64,000 nt of DNA, from the IMG/VR virus record IMGVR_UViG_3300050035_000427; one strand, given 5' to 3'. This DNA is from an uncultured virus (IMG/VR IMGVR_UViG_3300050035_000427) (taxonomy: Duplodnaviria; Heunggongvirae; Uroviricota; Caudoviricetes). This document shows, in pieces, positions 8,338-18,539 of this stretch; position 1 is the first letter of the stretch; the number at the start of each line of letters is the position of its first letter. The notes below the pieces were generated by a model, which worked only from the letters and a program-made list of their open reading frames with translations, was not told the DNA's origin and made no database searches. Made by a program: the position numbers and the translations under genes.

Positions 8338-9095
8338 AGGTTTCTCCCATCACTTGGTAATACTGTGTTGTTAGCTATCATGTGACACATACTAATAAAG
8401 ACGTCTGTGGGAATTGCGTTTTTCATCAAGTTCACTGTTTTGTGTACCCATTGAACATTTCCCAGTTTGTATCCTAAACTTGTATCTATCCTATCCAACG
8501 AAGCTGTAAACTCGTTGAAGTCTGAAGGAGCACTAGGAAGAGTAATCTCTACCCCGGACAGCGCACAACACCTATCCTGGTCAAGTAGTAGAGCATAGGC
8601 TTCTTCCTTGCTGATTTCAAATTCGATATTCCTGTACTGAGCACAGTCTTTAATCTTTTTCCAGACTGGCCCAGGAATTGCCCATTTTGGATATATTTCT
8701 TTGGGTCTAATCCAACGAGTTTCCTTAATCTGACAGCCACAACTAACCGTTAGTTTATGTCTCAAGTTGTGGATTGAAACCTCCTTAGTAACTCCACAAT
8801 CACAAGAAACTCTAACTCTTCCTCCAGGACCGGGAACAATGTCGGAAACGACTAGCCTTCCAAATCTCCGACCTATTTCCTTCTTTGTCCTTTCATTAGC
8901 GGCTTTCCAGCTATTTTCTTTGAGACTTGCAAATCGGCATTCAGGACTGCAGAACATAGTGTTCACAAAGGAAGGAGATACTTGAAATTCTTTTGAACAA
9001 AATTGACAGTTTAGAGTGAATCGATGAAAGAATTTCTTGCTGCACTTTTCTCGAATTGCAGGATCAACATCCAATCCACATTTGGTACAAATCAT
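8259..9095 (-). CDS. HNH-type homing endonuclease
   Basis: GRRFGRLVV, CDCG, SCGC, ASLDRID..GY..GNVQWVH..VN.MK; AT-rich. Confidence 0.85.
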   Translation of the reverse strand: MICTKCGLDVDPAIREKCSKKFFHRFTLNCQFCSKEFQVSPSFVNTMFCSPECRFASLKENSWKAANERTKKEIGRRFGRLVVSDIVPGPGGRVRVSCDCGVTKEVSIHNLRHKLTVSCGCQIKETRWIRPKEIYPKWAIPGPVWKKIKDCAQYRNIEFEISKEEAYALLLDQDRCCALSGVEITLPSAPSDFNEFTASLDRIDTSLGYKLGNVQWVHKTVNLMKNAIPTDVFISMCHMIANNTVLPSDGRNLCRKYINVWQRNSQRKLSVCSPLKNP

Positions 9096-9158
9096 CAGTA
9101 ACTCCTTTGTAAGAGGAGCATGAAGTCAATATACGAATAGAAAGTCAGTTCTCACTTT

Positions 9159-9677
9159 CTAGTCATATGTGTCCTCAACTTTGGCAAAGAATTGTTTGAG
9201 AGATTCTACTTCTGGACGTTCGTAGAGCCGATTCTTGTGACCACAAGCCGGGCAGGTGAACTGACCTTCCCCAGAGTTCCAATAGTCCCCTTCAGTGCAT
9301 CCGGAAGGCGGAGTGTACCAATGTGTCTGAATGTATGTCAGTTGGTTGACAGGAAACTGGGCTCCACATCCGCTCCACTCTCCGCTGCCTCCAGTGATCG
9401 ACCACCCCAAACAAGTGATCAGTGTGGTCTTGGTGGCTTCACGCTCTCCAGCCCGGAGGATGCGGAGCTTCTCGTTCAGCTTTGCAATCTTGGCCCTGAT
9501 AGACAGCATCTCTTCAGAAGGAACGATCCCCTGGCGAGAGATTTCTGCATAGGGACTGTGTTCGCCCTTGTGGCCCTTGAGCAGATTACAGGTGAATCCC
9601 CACCGGAACTTCGCAATGTGTTTGTAGGGTTCGTCTGGTTCACGAACACTCTCCCGGCAAATTGTTGACCAGTCCAT
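9159..9677 (-). CDS. hypothetical zinc-binding protein
   Basis: CPACG and other Cys motifs; likely start MDWST. Confidence 0.65.
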   Translation of the reverse strand: MDWSTICRESVREPDEPYKHIAKFRWGFTCNLLKGHKGEHSPYAEISRQGIVPSEEMLSIRAKIAKLNEKLRILRAGEREATKTTLITCLGWSITGGSGEWSGCGAQFPVNQLTYIQTHWYTPPSGCTEGDYWNSGEGQFTCPACGHKNRLYERPEVESLKQFFAKVEDTYD

Positions 9678-9882
9678 CAGTCGCACCTTCTTGCACAAAA
9701 TAGACATCGAAGTCCATGTTCTTGGCCTGCGTGACGTTAGAGGCATCCACGTCCAACTCGCATTCTTTGGCAATAGCGAGAGCCTGAGTGACATTGTCGG
9801 CCACGACTGTTGCGATCTTCTCGTGCAGGCCAGAGTAGTATCTCAATTGCCACAACTTGCTTTTTCCAATTTTCATCAGCAC
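9640..9882 (-). CDS. hypothetical protein
   Basis: ORF with GAGG RBS. Confidence 0.6.
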   Translation of the reverse strand: MLMKIGKSKLWQLRYYSGLHEKIATVVADNVTQALAIAKECELDVDASNVTQAKNMDFDVYFVQEGATDGLVNNLPGECS

Positions 9883-9886
9883 CTCG

Positions 9887-10540
9887 TTACTTTTGACATT
9901 TCTTACAGTAGTTGCGAAATCCGGATGGTCGGCAGTTACAGCGGTAGAATTCGTCTGTGGGCAAGTATTCTTGATGCCCGCTGCACCAAGCAGTTCCTTG
10001 TGGAGCTAAATGATGTCTACCTAGTCTAAGTTTGAGAAGACCTTGGCTTATTTTGGATCTAGTATCGCCAGATCGTTCCTTACCCAACATAGGGTGACTT
10101 TTTGCATCCAGTTCTCTAACAGCTTTAGATACCGCACTACGTTGCAGTTGACCATTTGTTTTGCCATAACGATGATTCTTTGCTCCCATCTGAGCTTCAC
10201 TTACTTTCTTGCGAGCACTTTCAGTTAGACCACAACCACCATCTCCTCCCGGAGTCATGTTGTAGCCATACCCAGCTATGTTGGCTCTATACTGAGCGAT
10301 ATACATCTTTTCTTGATCGGCAAGATCTTGCTTTGAACCTATTCCTGAGGACAAAACGCTAATTTCAAACGTCTGCGCTCCGTATTTCCTCATAGCTCGG
10401 TAAAGGTAGCAATCTCCTCTTACAGCATCTCTCAGATGTCTTTGCCAACGATCTTTGACATGTTCTCCCACGAATTTTCCCACGTACACTTTGTTGTTAA
10501 CTGTATTCGTCACGAGGTAGACCAGCATGTCACAACTCAC
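9887..10540 (-). CDS. GIY-YIG homing endonuclease
   Basis: VYLVTNTVNNKVYVGK, GYNMTPGGDG, NUMOD3-like segments. Confidence 0.9.
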   Translation of the reverse strand: MSCDMLVYLVTNTVNNKVYVGKFVGEHVKDRWQRHLRDAVRGDCYLYRAMRKYGAQTFEISVLSSGIGSKQDLADQEKMYIAQYRANIAGYGYNMTPGGDGGCGLTESARKKVSEAQMGAKNHRYGKTNGQLQRSAVSKAVRELDAKSHPMLGKERSGDTRSKISQGLLKLRLGRHHLAPQGTAWCSGHQEYLPTDEFYRCNCRPSGFRNYCKKCQK

Positions 10541-11552
10541 AAATCTCTACAGCTTTGTCAAAGATTGAGTCATCGTCAGTAAGTGCTCTGAGCACTTCTA
10601 AGGCATCCGACGATTCAATACCTTCAACAGCCTCATCCATAACTGAAAAGAAGGCAGACATTTCGCCTGTTTTATTGCCTACCTTTTCCATTCCCTTGTC
10701 GGCCATCGTGAAGATAACTTCAAGTGGTTTCACAGGGATAGGAAGTTCCTTGTAAGCCATGCCCTTTTCAGAGAAGGAGAGTAGAGCCAAAGATACCGGG
10801 CGATCCACCTCATCCATATTTAGAGCCGCCCTTGCTACTGAGCCAAGATGAATATGTGTTACATTTCCCACTGTAACAGTTTCTTTTCTACTATGGTCAT
10901 GTCCCCAACATACAAAATCGTAGTCAGTTTCAGCCAAAGCAGGATAACCAATCGGGTTGTAAGGAATGCCTGTGTTACCGAAGGTCGCGTTCTCGGCATC
11001 CGGGTGACCATAGGCATGGAGTAATGCTATCCGATAGGTGACGCCCTGAGGACGAGGAGGAGCATCTAGGATAAGTGGAAGGAGCGCGGTCTCGTCACAG
11101 TAGGGATAGCCTTCCACCAGTACGGAGATGGTCTCATCACGATTGGTGAAAATGACAGAATTGTTCAAGAGATTCTGAAATGCACCGGAGGCCATGACCA
11201 CTCCAAGCGGCTGATGGGGAAGGGATTCCAGACTGTCCCAGCTTAGATCATGATTCCCTGGAATGCCCCAAAGTCCAAGAGGAAAGGTCTTCAGAATCTG
11301 AATGGTGTGACGAATCAGATTCATGGTGTTGCCTTGAGCTTTGGGCTTCTTGCTGTGGAAAAGATCTCCACCGTGCAGGCCCACGGCCCGGTACTTCACA
11401 CACATGCTTACCCAGTAACTTACCTTGCCCAAGATCGTGTCGGAATAGTCGTCCGCTCGACGGCCTGGAGGCACCGCGCAGACATGAGTGTCCGTTCCGT
11501 AGATGAAATTGATAGCATGGTGATCAATTTGGACTTTCTGGTACATATACAT
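10530..11552 (-). CDS. SbcD/Mre11-like metallophosphoesterase (gp47-like)
   Basis: TDTH, GGDLFH, PGNHD, WGHDH motifs. Confidence 0.9.
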   Translation of the reverse strand: MYMYQKVQIDHHAINFIYGTDTHVCAVPPGRRADDYSDTILGKVSYWVSMCVKYRAVGLHGGDLFHSKKPKAQGNTMNLIRHTIQILKTFPLGLWGIPGNHDLSWDSLESLPHQPLGVVMASGAFQNLLNNSVIFTNRDETISVLVEGYPYCDETALLPLILDAPPRPQGVTYRIALLHAYGHPDAENATFGNTGIPYNPIGYPALAETDYDFVCWGHDHSRKETVTVGNVTHIHLGSVARAALNMDEVDRPVSLALLSFSEKGMAYKELPIPVKPLEVIFTMADKGMEKVGNKTGEMSAFFSVMDEAVEGIESSDALEVLRALTDDDSIFDKAVEICEL

Positions 11553-12198
11553 GGTCCTATCTGGTGTGTACCGTATCGTTAACACAAGGAATGAAAACAC
11601 CTATGTTGGAAGTTCCTACAATGTGCAAGCTCGCATGCAAGTTCATCGCTACGAACTCAAGAAAGGAACTCATCCTAATCCTCACTTACAGAGATCCTGG
11701 AACAAGTATGGAGAATCTGCCTTTGTCTTTTCCATGATTGAAGAGGTACCAGTTCCTCATCTCTTGGAACGTGAAAACTACTGGATTCAATACTACCATT
11801 CCTTCGAGAGAGAACACGGATTCAACATCCTTCGCTATGCTCACAGTTGTCTTGGATATAGATGGACAGAGGACCAAAGAAGACATCTCAGTGAGAAAAG
11901 AAGAGGACATGTTTGTTCCGAGATCACCAGAAAACGAATAGCCAATTCTCACATTGGGAAGCATAGAGAAGTCAAGCCTGTAGAATTGCGACAACGCTGG
12001 TCTGAAATTAAGAAAGGAAAGACCAAAAGCGAAAGTTGGAAAGCTAAGATTGGAGAATCTCAACAAGGAGTAAAGAATCATCGTTTTGGTAAACGATGGA
12101 TGAGTCGTTATGACCATCATCCGATATCAGTTAGCCCGGATGAAATCGACAATTTGATACTCCAAGGTTGGCAGCTCGGAAGAAAGAAATTCAGTTGA
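11551..12198 (+). CDS. GIY-YIG homing endonuclease (inverted insertion)
   Basis: SGVYRIVN...TYVGSS, LQRSWNKYG, GFNI. Confidence 0.9.
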   Translation: MVLSGVYRIVNTRNENTYVGSSYNVQARMQVHRYELKKGTHPNPHLQRSWNKYGESAFVFSMIEEVPVPHLLERENYWIQYYHSFEREHGFNILRYAHSCLGYRWTEDQRRHLSEKRRGHVCSEITRKRIANSHIGKHREVKPVELRQRWSEIKKGKTKSESWKAKIGESQQGVKNHRFGKRWMSRYDHHPISVSPDEIDNLILQGWQLGRKKFS

Positions 12199-12373
12199 TA
12201 CTCAGCTTGTTGATGACTGCCTCTGCCATAGCTTTGGCAAAGGCAAGAGCTTCTTCCTCGTTGTCAAACTTCTTGGTGGTCTTCAACTGCCTGGATCCAT
12301 GTTCACCTGGCACCAGCGTTACCTCAACCTCTTCCCCATTGACAACAACCTTCATCCTCGTGTCCTTCCTCAA
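12191..12373 (-). CDS. hypothetical protein
   Basis: short ORF in operon. Confidence 0.6.
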   Translation of the reverse strand: MRKDTRMKVVVNGEEVEVTLVPGEHGSRQLKTTKKFDNEEEALAFAKAMAEAVINKLSIN

Positions 12374-12413
12374 CCTTTGTGGTCCCTCGTCGGTTCCAAG
12401 TTGAGGTGGTCAG

Positions 12414-12710
12414 TTAGACCTGTTGAGGCTTGATGTAGGGATTAGGCTCCTCGTCAGCGAACCGAAAGTAGAAACCATGGACAGGAGAGTTGGACTTGTG
12501 AGGAATCGAAGTTGATCTTTCGATCTGACGTCCATACGGATCCTGCTTGGTGTCATCTCCCGATACGAAGACAACATTGATGCAAGTGGGACTCCAAACA
12601 GCAGTCACAAGAGCATCATGAGGAGTGCCGACCGGGTCATGATAGATTACTGCATGACCAAGCTGAGGGTTAGGGTTGCTGGTTTCCATAGTGTTTGTGT
12701 CTCCTGCCAC
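12414..12710 (-). CDS. hypothetical protein
   Basis: 98-aa ORF. Confidence 0.7.
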   Translation of the reverse strand: MAGDTNTMETSNPNPQLGHAVIYHDPVGTPHDALVTAVWSPTCINVVFVSGDDTKQDPYGRQIERSTSIPHKSNSPVHGFYFRFADEEPNPYIKPQQV

Positions 12711-12752
12711 GAAAGTGTACTGCTACACTGGTACGTGGCCTACAGTGTAATG

Positions 12753-13055
12753 TCAATCAAGAGATATTCTTCTGAAATGGCGGCGGATGTTGGCATATTC
12801 AGGAACCATACCAAGAGTAATGATAATTTCAGCGGCAGCTGCTTCAATGATGGCAGCCTCCCCGAATTCAACCATTTGTCTCTCAGCTCCAACAATTCCA
12901 ATTTCATGAAGAGCATGAATCATTTTGCTAGCTGTGCGAATGCGAGCCATAACCCAGGACTCTTGATCACGGTTAGCAATAGGACGTTGACACATCATCT
13001 GTTCCCCTGATGAGGGTGGTTGTGGATCAGATGATTGCTTAGATTTCGATTTCAT
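12753..13055 (-). CDS. hypothetical protein
   Basis: GAGGT RBS. Confidence 0.6.
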   Translation of the reverse strand: MKSKSKQSSDPQPPSSGEQMMCQRPIANRDQESWVMARIRTASKMIHALHEIGIVGAERQMVEFGEAAIIEAAAAEIIITLGMVPEYANIRRHFRRISLD

Positions 13056-13093
13056 AGTTGTTACCTCGCAAATCTTGATACAGTCAAGACATT

Positions 13094-13849
13094 ATGACTT
13101 CCGGATTCACTTACATGGAAATCATTCATGGTATTTATCAGATACTCAATCTCAGAAACGGGAAGAGCTATATTGGCCAAAGTTACGGAAAACAGGGGAT
13201 CTTGGGAAGATGGGAGGGACATCGTAGTGATTTACGTCGTGGAAGTACAACCAACACCAAGTTTCTAAATGCATGGAGAAAATATGGAGAAGATAGTTTT
13301 GATTTCAGAATTGTCATGGTTATTCCTAACAAGATAGAAATTCTGGATGAAGCTGAAACATATTTCATCAAACTGTTTGATTCCATTGACAACGGATACA
13401 ATCTTCGAGAAGGAGGTAATTCAGCTAGACATAGTCCCTCTAGTACAGAGAAACTCAAGCAGTCCCTTCATACTTACTATTCAAACCAAGGCAATAGGAA
13501 CAAGGCTTCCATAGCTCAAAGGAAACGGTTTGCTGAACAAGGAGTTTCTAAGGAGACTCGTATCAAACAATCAAAAAGTCAAACCGGAAGAATTCATCCA
13601 GACGAAGTGAGAAAGAAGATACAAGTGGCTTCCTTAACATCTCAGAGAATACGGTTTGACACTCAAGGAGTAAGTGAAGAAACTCGTAAGAAGATGTCTA
13701 TTCTAAGAAGAGGAGTGAAACCTTCAGAAACTGTTCGTCAATCCAGAGCCGAAGGAGTTAGAAAATTTCATGCCACCCAAGGATTCAGCGAAGAAACCAG
13801 GCAGAGAATGTCTGCTGCCCAAAAGAAAAGGTTTGCTAAGACACCTTGA
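13094..13849 (+). CDS. GIY-YIG homing endonuclease with NUMOD3-like repeats (inverted)
   Basis: GIYQILNLRNGKSYIGQS, GYNLREGG, repeated SEETRxKMS. Confidence 0.9.
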   Translation: MTSGFTYMEIIHGIYQILNLRNGKSYIGQSYGKQGILGRWEGHRSDLRRGSTTNTKFLNAWRKYGEDSFDFRIVMVIPNKIEILDEAETYFIKLFDSIDNGYNLREGGNSARHSPSSTEKLKQSLHTYYSNQGNRNKASIAQRKRFAEQGVSKETRIKQSKSQTGRIHPDEVRKKIQVASLTSQRIRFDTQGVSEETRKKMSILRRGVKPSETVRQSRAEGVRKFHATQGFSEETRQRMSAAQKKRFAKTP

Positions 13850-14435
13850 TAAGTATAATCTTTCCACTTAGAGTCAGAGAGGAAAGGATGGGCCGGTCAT
13901 ATTCTGGTTGATCTCTCTCTTCTTTATAGATCACCGTCTTCACATTATTGATAATAATGGACTTAAAGCAATCCAAACACGGAACGGCTGTATTAAAGAG
14001 TACCAACCCCTCCTGTCTAGGAAGTATGGAGTTGACAGGATGTTCCAGACTCAACTGGGTCAAAGCAGACACTTCAGCATGAACAGTGAGCCGGCAAGTG
14101 ACCGCTGGGATGCAACCAATCTTCCGGCAGTCACCCTTCAGACCCTCCGGTTTCACGTTGGCTCCCCAGCTGAGAATTGCCAGGTTCCGGTCAGTCACAA
14201 CACAACCCATCTTTCGACGTTCACATTCAGCCGTCTCGGCAACTTCATCGATGCGATCGAAGATACCTGCGACTGACTGCTCGTCAAATTGTGGGATATT
14301 TGGGCTGATCTCATGAGGTTCAGCATCAATCCAGTCAAAGGACCGGGCATAGTAGGCTATGCGATGTCCTGGATCAAGTTCTAGCCTCACCTTGTACGAG
14401 TTGAACGGAACATACAATCTTTGAGTGAATTTCAT
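13836..14435 (-). CDS. dCMP deaminase-like protein
   Basis: C.RRKMGCVV, HAE, PCLDC. Confidence 0.9.
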   Translation of the reverse strand: MKFTQRLYVPFNSYKVRLELDPGHRIAYYARSFDWIDAEPHEISPNIPQFDEQSVAGIFDRIDEVAETAECERRKMGCVVTDRNLAILSWGANVKPEGLKGDCRKIGCIPAVTCRLTVHAEVSALTQLSLEHPVNSILPRQEGLVLFNTAVPCLDCFKSIIINNVKTVIYKEERDQPEYDRPILSSLTLSGKIILIKVS

Positions 14436-14716
14436 ACTCCCTCATACTCTCTTAGGAGAGCTTCTCCTTTGGAGATTTCCTCGGTGATTTCGACCAGCTT
14501 GGCAGCCAGCGACTGTTCGAGCTCAGTGGCCTTGGCCTGCATCTCGTCGGCACTCATGTCTTCGGGATCGGCCACGCCGTATTCGCGCAACTTGTTCAGA
14601 GCTTCGGAGAGTTTCTGCTCTTCGATTCCGGCCTCGCGAATCAGTTGATCCTTCTTGCCAAGTAGGACCTTCTGTCGGTTTTGGACATCGCGCAGGAGAG
14701 TTTGGGTATCGGGCAT
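14432..14716 (-). CDS. coiled-coil hypothetical protein
   Basis: helical ORF directly after sbcC. Confidence 0.75.
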   Translation of the reverse strand: MPDTQTLLRDVQNRQKVLLGKKDQLIREAGIEEQKLSEALNKLREYGVADPEDMSADEMQAKATELEQSLAAKLVEITEEISKGEALLREYEGV

Positions 14717-14717
14717 T

Positions 14718-15923
14718 CTAGACCTCGTGGATACAGAAACTGGCACCACACTTGGGGCAGGTGACTGAATCCTTCAACCTGCGCTCTTCCTCAATGGTTT
14801 TCCTGAGTTCAGCTTCTTCCTCTTCGTTTTCTTCAAGGACATTGATTGCTGACTGCAGGCGCTGCTGACAACTACCCACTGAGGACATAAGTGAAGCGGC
14901 TTGTCTTAGATACCCAACCAAGGCTCTGATGTCCTTGATTTCTTCCAACCCGTTATCAGTGTTGGAAATGACGCTATCTACAGCATCGGAGATATGCTCT
15001 CCAGAGGCTTTCTTGCTTCTAAGTAGGACTGCTGTACTGTCTAACTGGGCAATCATGCGATACAAGGCGAGTAACTCGCTCCACATATCCCTGACTGTCG
15101 ATAACCGGGTAATTGCCTGACCAAGCAGCGTGTCGCGCTTCTTGATGATAGCACTCTTTTCCAGCCAAGTTATCAAGGACTGTAAGTTGGCGACCTCGTC
15201 CAATGGCGGAGCAGTTATGTTGGAGATTAGTTGGCGAAGTGAATTGAACTTATCCAAACTTACAGCGGATTCTTGATACAAGAAGTTCAAGGTCTCAAAT
15301 CCCTTGGCTTCGCTCTCTAGCAGAACCAGACCTTCCATGATCGGAGTGACATTGGTCTGAATCTCGGTCAGCTTGTGCTTACGAGTCTCCGCCTCATTGA
15401 TCTCAGTAGCAATGGACTTCGCCTCTGAGCCTTTCTGTTGAATCCTGGTGTTAGTCTCGCGCTTCCCCATCTCGAGCTTCTCAGTCGACGAGAAGGCCCC
15501 AAGGATGGCGTTCATTTGAGTTGGCCCAACATCCTGAAGCATGAACTTCGAATCGTGCTGATTCGAAAAGATGGGGTCGAGCTTTGTGTCACCGATTTCG
15601 ATGATCCCCATGTTCAGAGCTTTGACTTCATCGGGGATCTCGAGTGCTCCACGCTTGAGGAGCTTGCCATCGATGAGGTACTTGTTGCTGTCGCCGACGG
15701 ATCGTTTGATAGTGATTTTGTGACCCCCAATTTCGAGGGTCACTTCGGTATCTTCTTCTCCCACCCGGATCTGATCTGCTTCGATCTCATTCCGAATTAG
15801 ACCTTGCAGAGCACGAACAGCAGCACTCTTGCCGGTGTCACTGTCGCCAACCAGGACGGTCAGTTTTCCCAGGGCCAGTGAAAACTCTTCCCATGGTTGG
15901 AAGTTCTTGGCAGACAGTTTCAT
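14718..15923 (-). CDS. SbcC/Rad50-like ATPase, N-terminal half ending at zinc hook
   Basis: NFQ, GDSDTGKS Walker A, Q-loop, coiled coil, CPKCG; no signature motif or Walker B. Confidence 0.85.
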   Translation of the reverse strand: MKLSAKNFQPWEEFSLALGKLTVLVGDSDTGKSAAVRALQGLIRNEIEADQIRVGEEDTEVTLEIGGHKITIKRSVGDSNKYLIDGKLLKRGALEIPDEVKALNMGIIEIGDTKLDPIFSNQHDSKFMLQDVGPTQMNAILGAFSSTEKLEMGKRETNTRIQQKGSEAKSIATEINEAETRKHKLTEIQTNVTPIMEGLVLLESEAKGFETLNFLYQESAVSLDKFNSLRQLISNITAPPLDEVANLQSLITWLEKSAIIKKRDTLLGQAITRLSTVRDMWSELLALYRMIAQLDSTAVLLRSKKASGEHISDAVDSVISNTDNGLEEIKDIRALVGYLRQAASLMSSVGSCQQRLQSAINVLEENEEEEAELRKTIEEERRLKDSVTCPKCGASFCIHEV

Positions 15924-17203
15924 CAGAAGGTCTCTACATCCCCATCCTTGACATCTTCAACTTCAAACTTCTTGTTGACGAAGACCTCGTCATCATCGAA
16001 GGCTGCTTCCTCACCCTTGACATAGGTAGCCAGGGCAGAATCAACCTCACACTCGAACTCGGTGGAGTCGACTGTGTTCACCAAGAGCTTGCGAAGTTCA
16101 CCCAGAATCTCCGGATTCTGATTGATGACCAGATCCTGGATCGCCGCGTCCTTGGATGCATACTTGATGATGGCCTCGTCAGGGTTCTTGCCGACGAAGT
16201 AGGTGCGACCGATGTAGTCGATGAACTTGTAGCGACGTCCCAGCTGGCGAACAGAGATGTTCTCGTCCACTCCAAGACCAGTTCTGAGCCAGAGAGTTCC
16301 CTCGCGGAAACCTCCACCGGTCACCTTGTTCTTCAATGAGCGAGCACGAATCTGAGTGACAGCAAAGGGTCCCTTATTGTCACCTGGCTCGATGATGAAC
16401 GGATCGTCAGCGAATCCACCGGCTCGGAATGCCTTCACGGTCTTCAGTTCCAGCATGTAGGACGTGTTGTAGCGATTCGCCATTCCGCCGGGAAGAGTGT
16501 AGGGGAGGTTGGTGAATGATGGGTACTTCTGTGCCCACTTGGCGTCGTTTCCGTCCTCGATGCGTGCTCTCTGCTGGTTGATCATGATGAAGATGCAATC
16601 ATGCTCAGCAGCGTGAGGCAGAAGAACGTCGTAGAAGTCTTGAATGGCCTTGGCGTGTTTACCCACGGTTGCCTTGAATGCGGCACCCGACTGAATGTCC
16701 TTTTCGTCGACCTTGGACTTCATGCGAGGAATGGAGTCAAACACGAAGAAGCGGCAGCCGGCATTCATCAGGTCGATGACATCCTTGGCACTCTGCTCGA
16801 TGCTGTCAGGCTTCTTGATGAAGACCATGCTCTCGTCAATGCCCATGACCCTGGCATACTTGCTGTTGGTGGTGCGCTCGAAGTCGAACGCTGCAGCAGG
16901 CTCGCCGGTCTGACGTTGGTAGTTGGCAATGATCCCCAGAGTGAGAGTCGACTTGCCGGCTCCTTCATTACCGTGGATGTGAATTACACGACCACCATGA
17001 CAAACCCCTCTCCAGCCCAAGACCTGGTCCATAGTCAGGAAGCCGAACGGAACGAAGGTCTCGTCGACGTTCTCTTCAAGGACACGCCAGTCTCCCTTGG
17101 ACTGGGCCTTATACTTGAGGAACTGTTCACGACGATCCTGAATGGTGAAGACGCGGGTGTTGATGCTGCTTCCTGCAGATTTCTTGACGGTTGGCGCGGC
17201 CAT
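15923..17203 (-). CDS. recA: RecA/UvsX recombinase
   Basis: GNEGAGKST, VFDSI, INQ.R, PGG, KNKV. Confidence 0.95.
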   Translation of the reverse strand: MAAPTVKKSAGSSINTRVFTIQDRREQFLKYKAQSKGDWRVLEENVDETFVPFGFLTMDQVLGWRGVCHGGRVIHIHGNEGAGKSTLTLGIIANYQRQTGEPAAAFDFERTTNSKYARVMGIDESMVFIKKPDSIEQSAKDVIDLMNAGCRFFVFDSIPRMKSKVDEKDIQSGAAFKATVGKHAKAIQDFYDVLLPHAAEHDCIFIMINQQRARIEDGNDAKWAQKYPSFTNLPYTLPGGMANRYNTSYMLELKTVKAFRAGGFADDPFIIEPGDNKGPFAVTQIRARSLKNKVTGGGFREGTLWLRTGLGVDENISVRQLGRRYKFIDYIGRTYFVGKNPDEAIIKYASKDAAIQDLVINQNPEILGELRKLLVNTVDSTEFECEVDSALATYVKGEEAAFDDDEVFVNKKFEVEDVKDGDVETF

Positions 17204-17215
17204 AATCTCCTCGGT

Positions 17216-17737
17216 TTACTGGTTTGTCAGAGCATAGTGTGCAAGCAGAAGCGCATCAGCCCTTCCTAGATGCCCGATAGTTCTGCCACGATACTCATGG
17301 CATAGTTCACTGGCACTGTCCGGATAAAGTTGGACTGCTCTCTGTACAGCAGCTTCTTTCTCCTTGGGCATATCCTTCATGATCTTGACCTTCCAAGTGG
17401 CCGGATGCACGAGAGAATACGGAATGTGATAAGCCGAAAGCATGCCTCTCCACAGGCCAAATCCCATGCCAAAGTTGAACATGGAAGTGACACCCTGACC
17501 AGGCATCGCCGACACCTTCTCTAATACGCAGGTGGCCTCATCTGCGGAGTCTGCAAAGGCTTTCAATGCCCTTGCCATGTCGATTTCGTTGTACTCGGAT
17601 TTGTTCTTGGTTCCGCTCTTCACCTGGAACATGGCAGGGTCATAGAATTCCACGGAGGTTACAGCACTGTCCACCACCGTGATGCAAGCTATGGCTCCAG
17701 TTTGCCCGGGATCAATTCCTAGATAGACCTTCTTCAT
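17216..17737 (-). CDS. RuvC-like Holliday junction resolvase
   Basis: LGIDPGQTGA, LEKVSAMPGQGVTSMFNFG, ADALLLA. Confidence 0.9.
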   Translation of the reverse strand: MKKVYLGIDPGQTGAIACITVVDSAVTSVEFYDPAMFQVKSGTKNKSEYNEIDMARALKAFADSADEATCVLEKVSAMPGQGVTSMFNFGMGFGLWRGMLSAYHIPYSLVHPATWKVKIMKDMPKEKEAAVQRAVQLYPDSASELCHEYRGRTIGHLGRADALLLAHYALTNQ

Positions 17738-18477
17738 TGCTGCTCCCTGTTCGGTGTGAATGGCTTGACCAGAGGAAACGGCTGGGCAGTGAATCCCAAC
17801 TTGAGTGCCTCCTGCTGCTCTTCTTCCAGTTCACACTCCTTGATGTCCTTGAGCCACTTCTTGCCTTCGCTCTTCCAGTAGAATCCGCCGGTCTTGGCCA
17901 GTTCCCGGTTTTCGTAGGACACAATGGCCTCGATCGTCAGCATCGGAGAGCGAGCCATTCTCATGACCTCATCCAACGGATAACGATCAAGGATCACGAG
18001 CATCGTCATGACATCGAACAGAGCTCTGTGTGGGAACGGATTGAGGAATCCATGTTCGGCTGCCATGTAGGTCAGCTTCTTGGCCGCCTTGCGAGGCATC
18101 TTGAGATCGGTCATGGTATCGATCCAGACCTTGTCTTCGATCTCAAGGTCGTGCTTCTTGCACCACTTGTTGAGGAAGAACTTGTCAAATCTGTTGCCGT
18201 TATGTGCACAAACTGCCTCTGCCTGATTGTACCAGCGAAGGAGTTGCTTCAGTCCATTTTCAGATGTGTATCCCTGCTGTTCACACAGTTGTGGCGTGAT
18301 GCCTGTGATGTTCTGACAGGCCTCGTCCCAGACAGGGTTGATAGGATTGACCAGATACCCTATGGATTTGAGAGGAGCATGTAGTTCAGTACTCCAAAGA
18401 ACTGCGCCAACTTCAGTGATGGAGTGAAGTTCAGGCTCCATTCCTGAGGTTTCGAAATCTAATCCGAGAATGATCAA
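17734..18477 (-). CDS. DnaQ-like DEDDh 3'-5' exonuclease
   Basis: LDFETSG, AHNG.RFD, HRALFD. Confidence 0.9.
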   Translation of the reverse strand: MIILGLDFETSGMEPELHSITEVGAVLWSTELHAPLKSIGYLVNPINPVWDEACQNITGITPQLCEQQGYTSENGLKQLLRWYNQAEAVCAHNGNRFDKFFLNKWCKKHDLEIEDKVWIDTMTDLKMPRKAAKKLTYMAAEHGFLNPFPHRALFDVMTMLVILDRYPLDEVMRMARSPMLTIEAIVSYENRELAKTGGFYWKSEGKKWLKDIKECELEEEQQEALKLGFTAQPFPLVKPFTPNREQQ

Positions 18478-18495
18478 TCACTTGCCTCAGTGAAT

Positions 18496-18527
18496 CAAAG
18501 AGAATAGGAGGGGTTGCCCCCTCCCTT
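18496..18527 (-). terminator. intrinsic terminator-like hairpin after SSB gene
   Basis: GGAGGGG-GCAA-CCCCTCC followed by a pyrimidine-rich tract. Confidence 0.6.
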
Positions 18528-18539
18528 TTCTCCTCTTGG

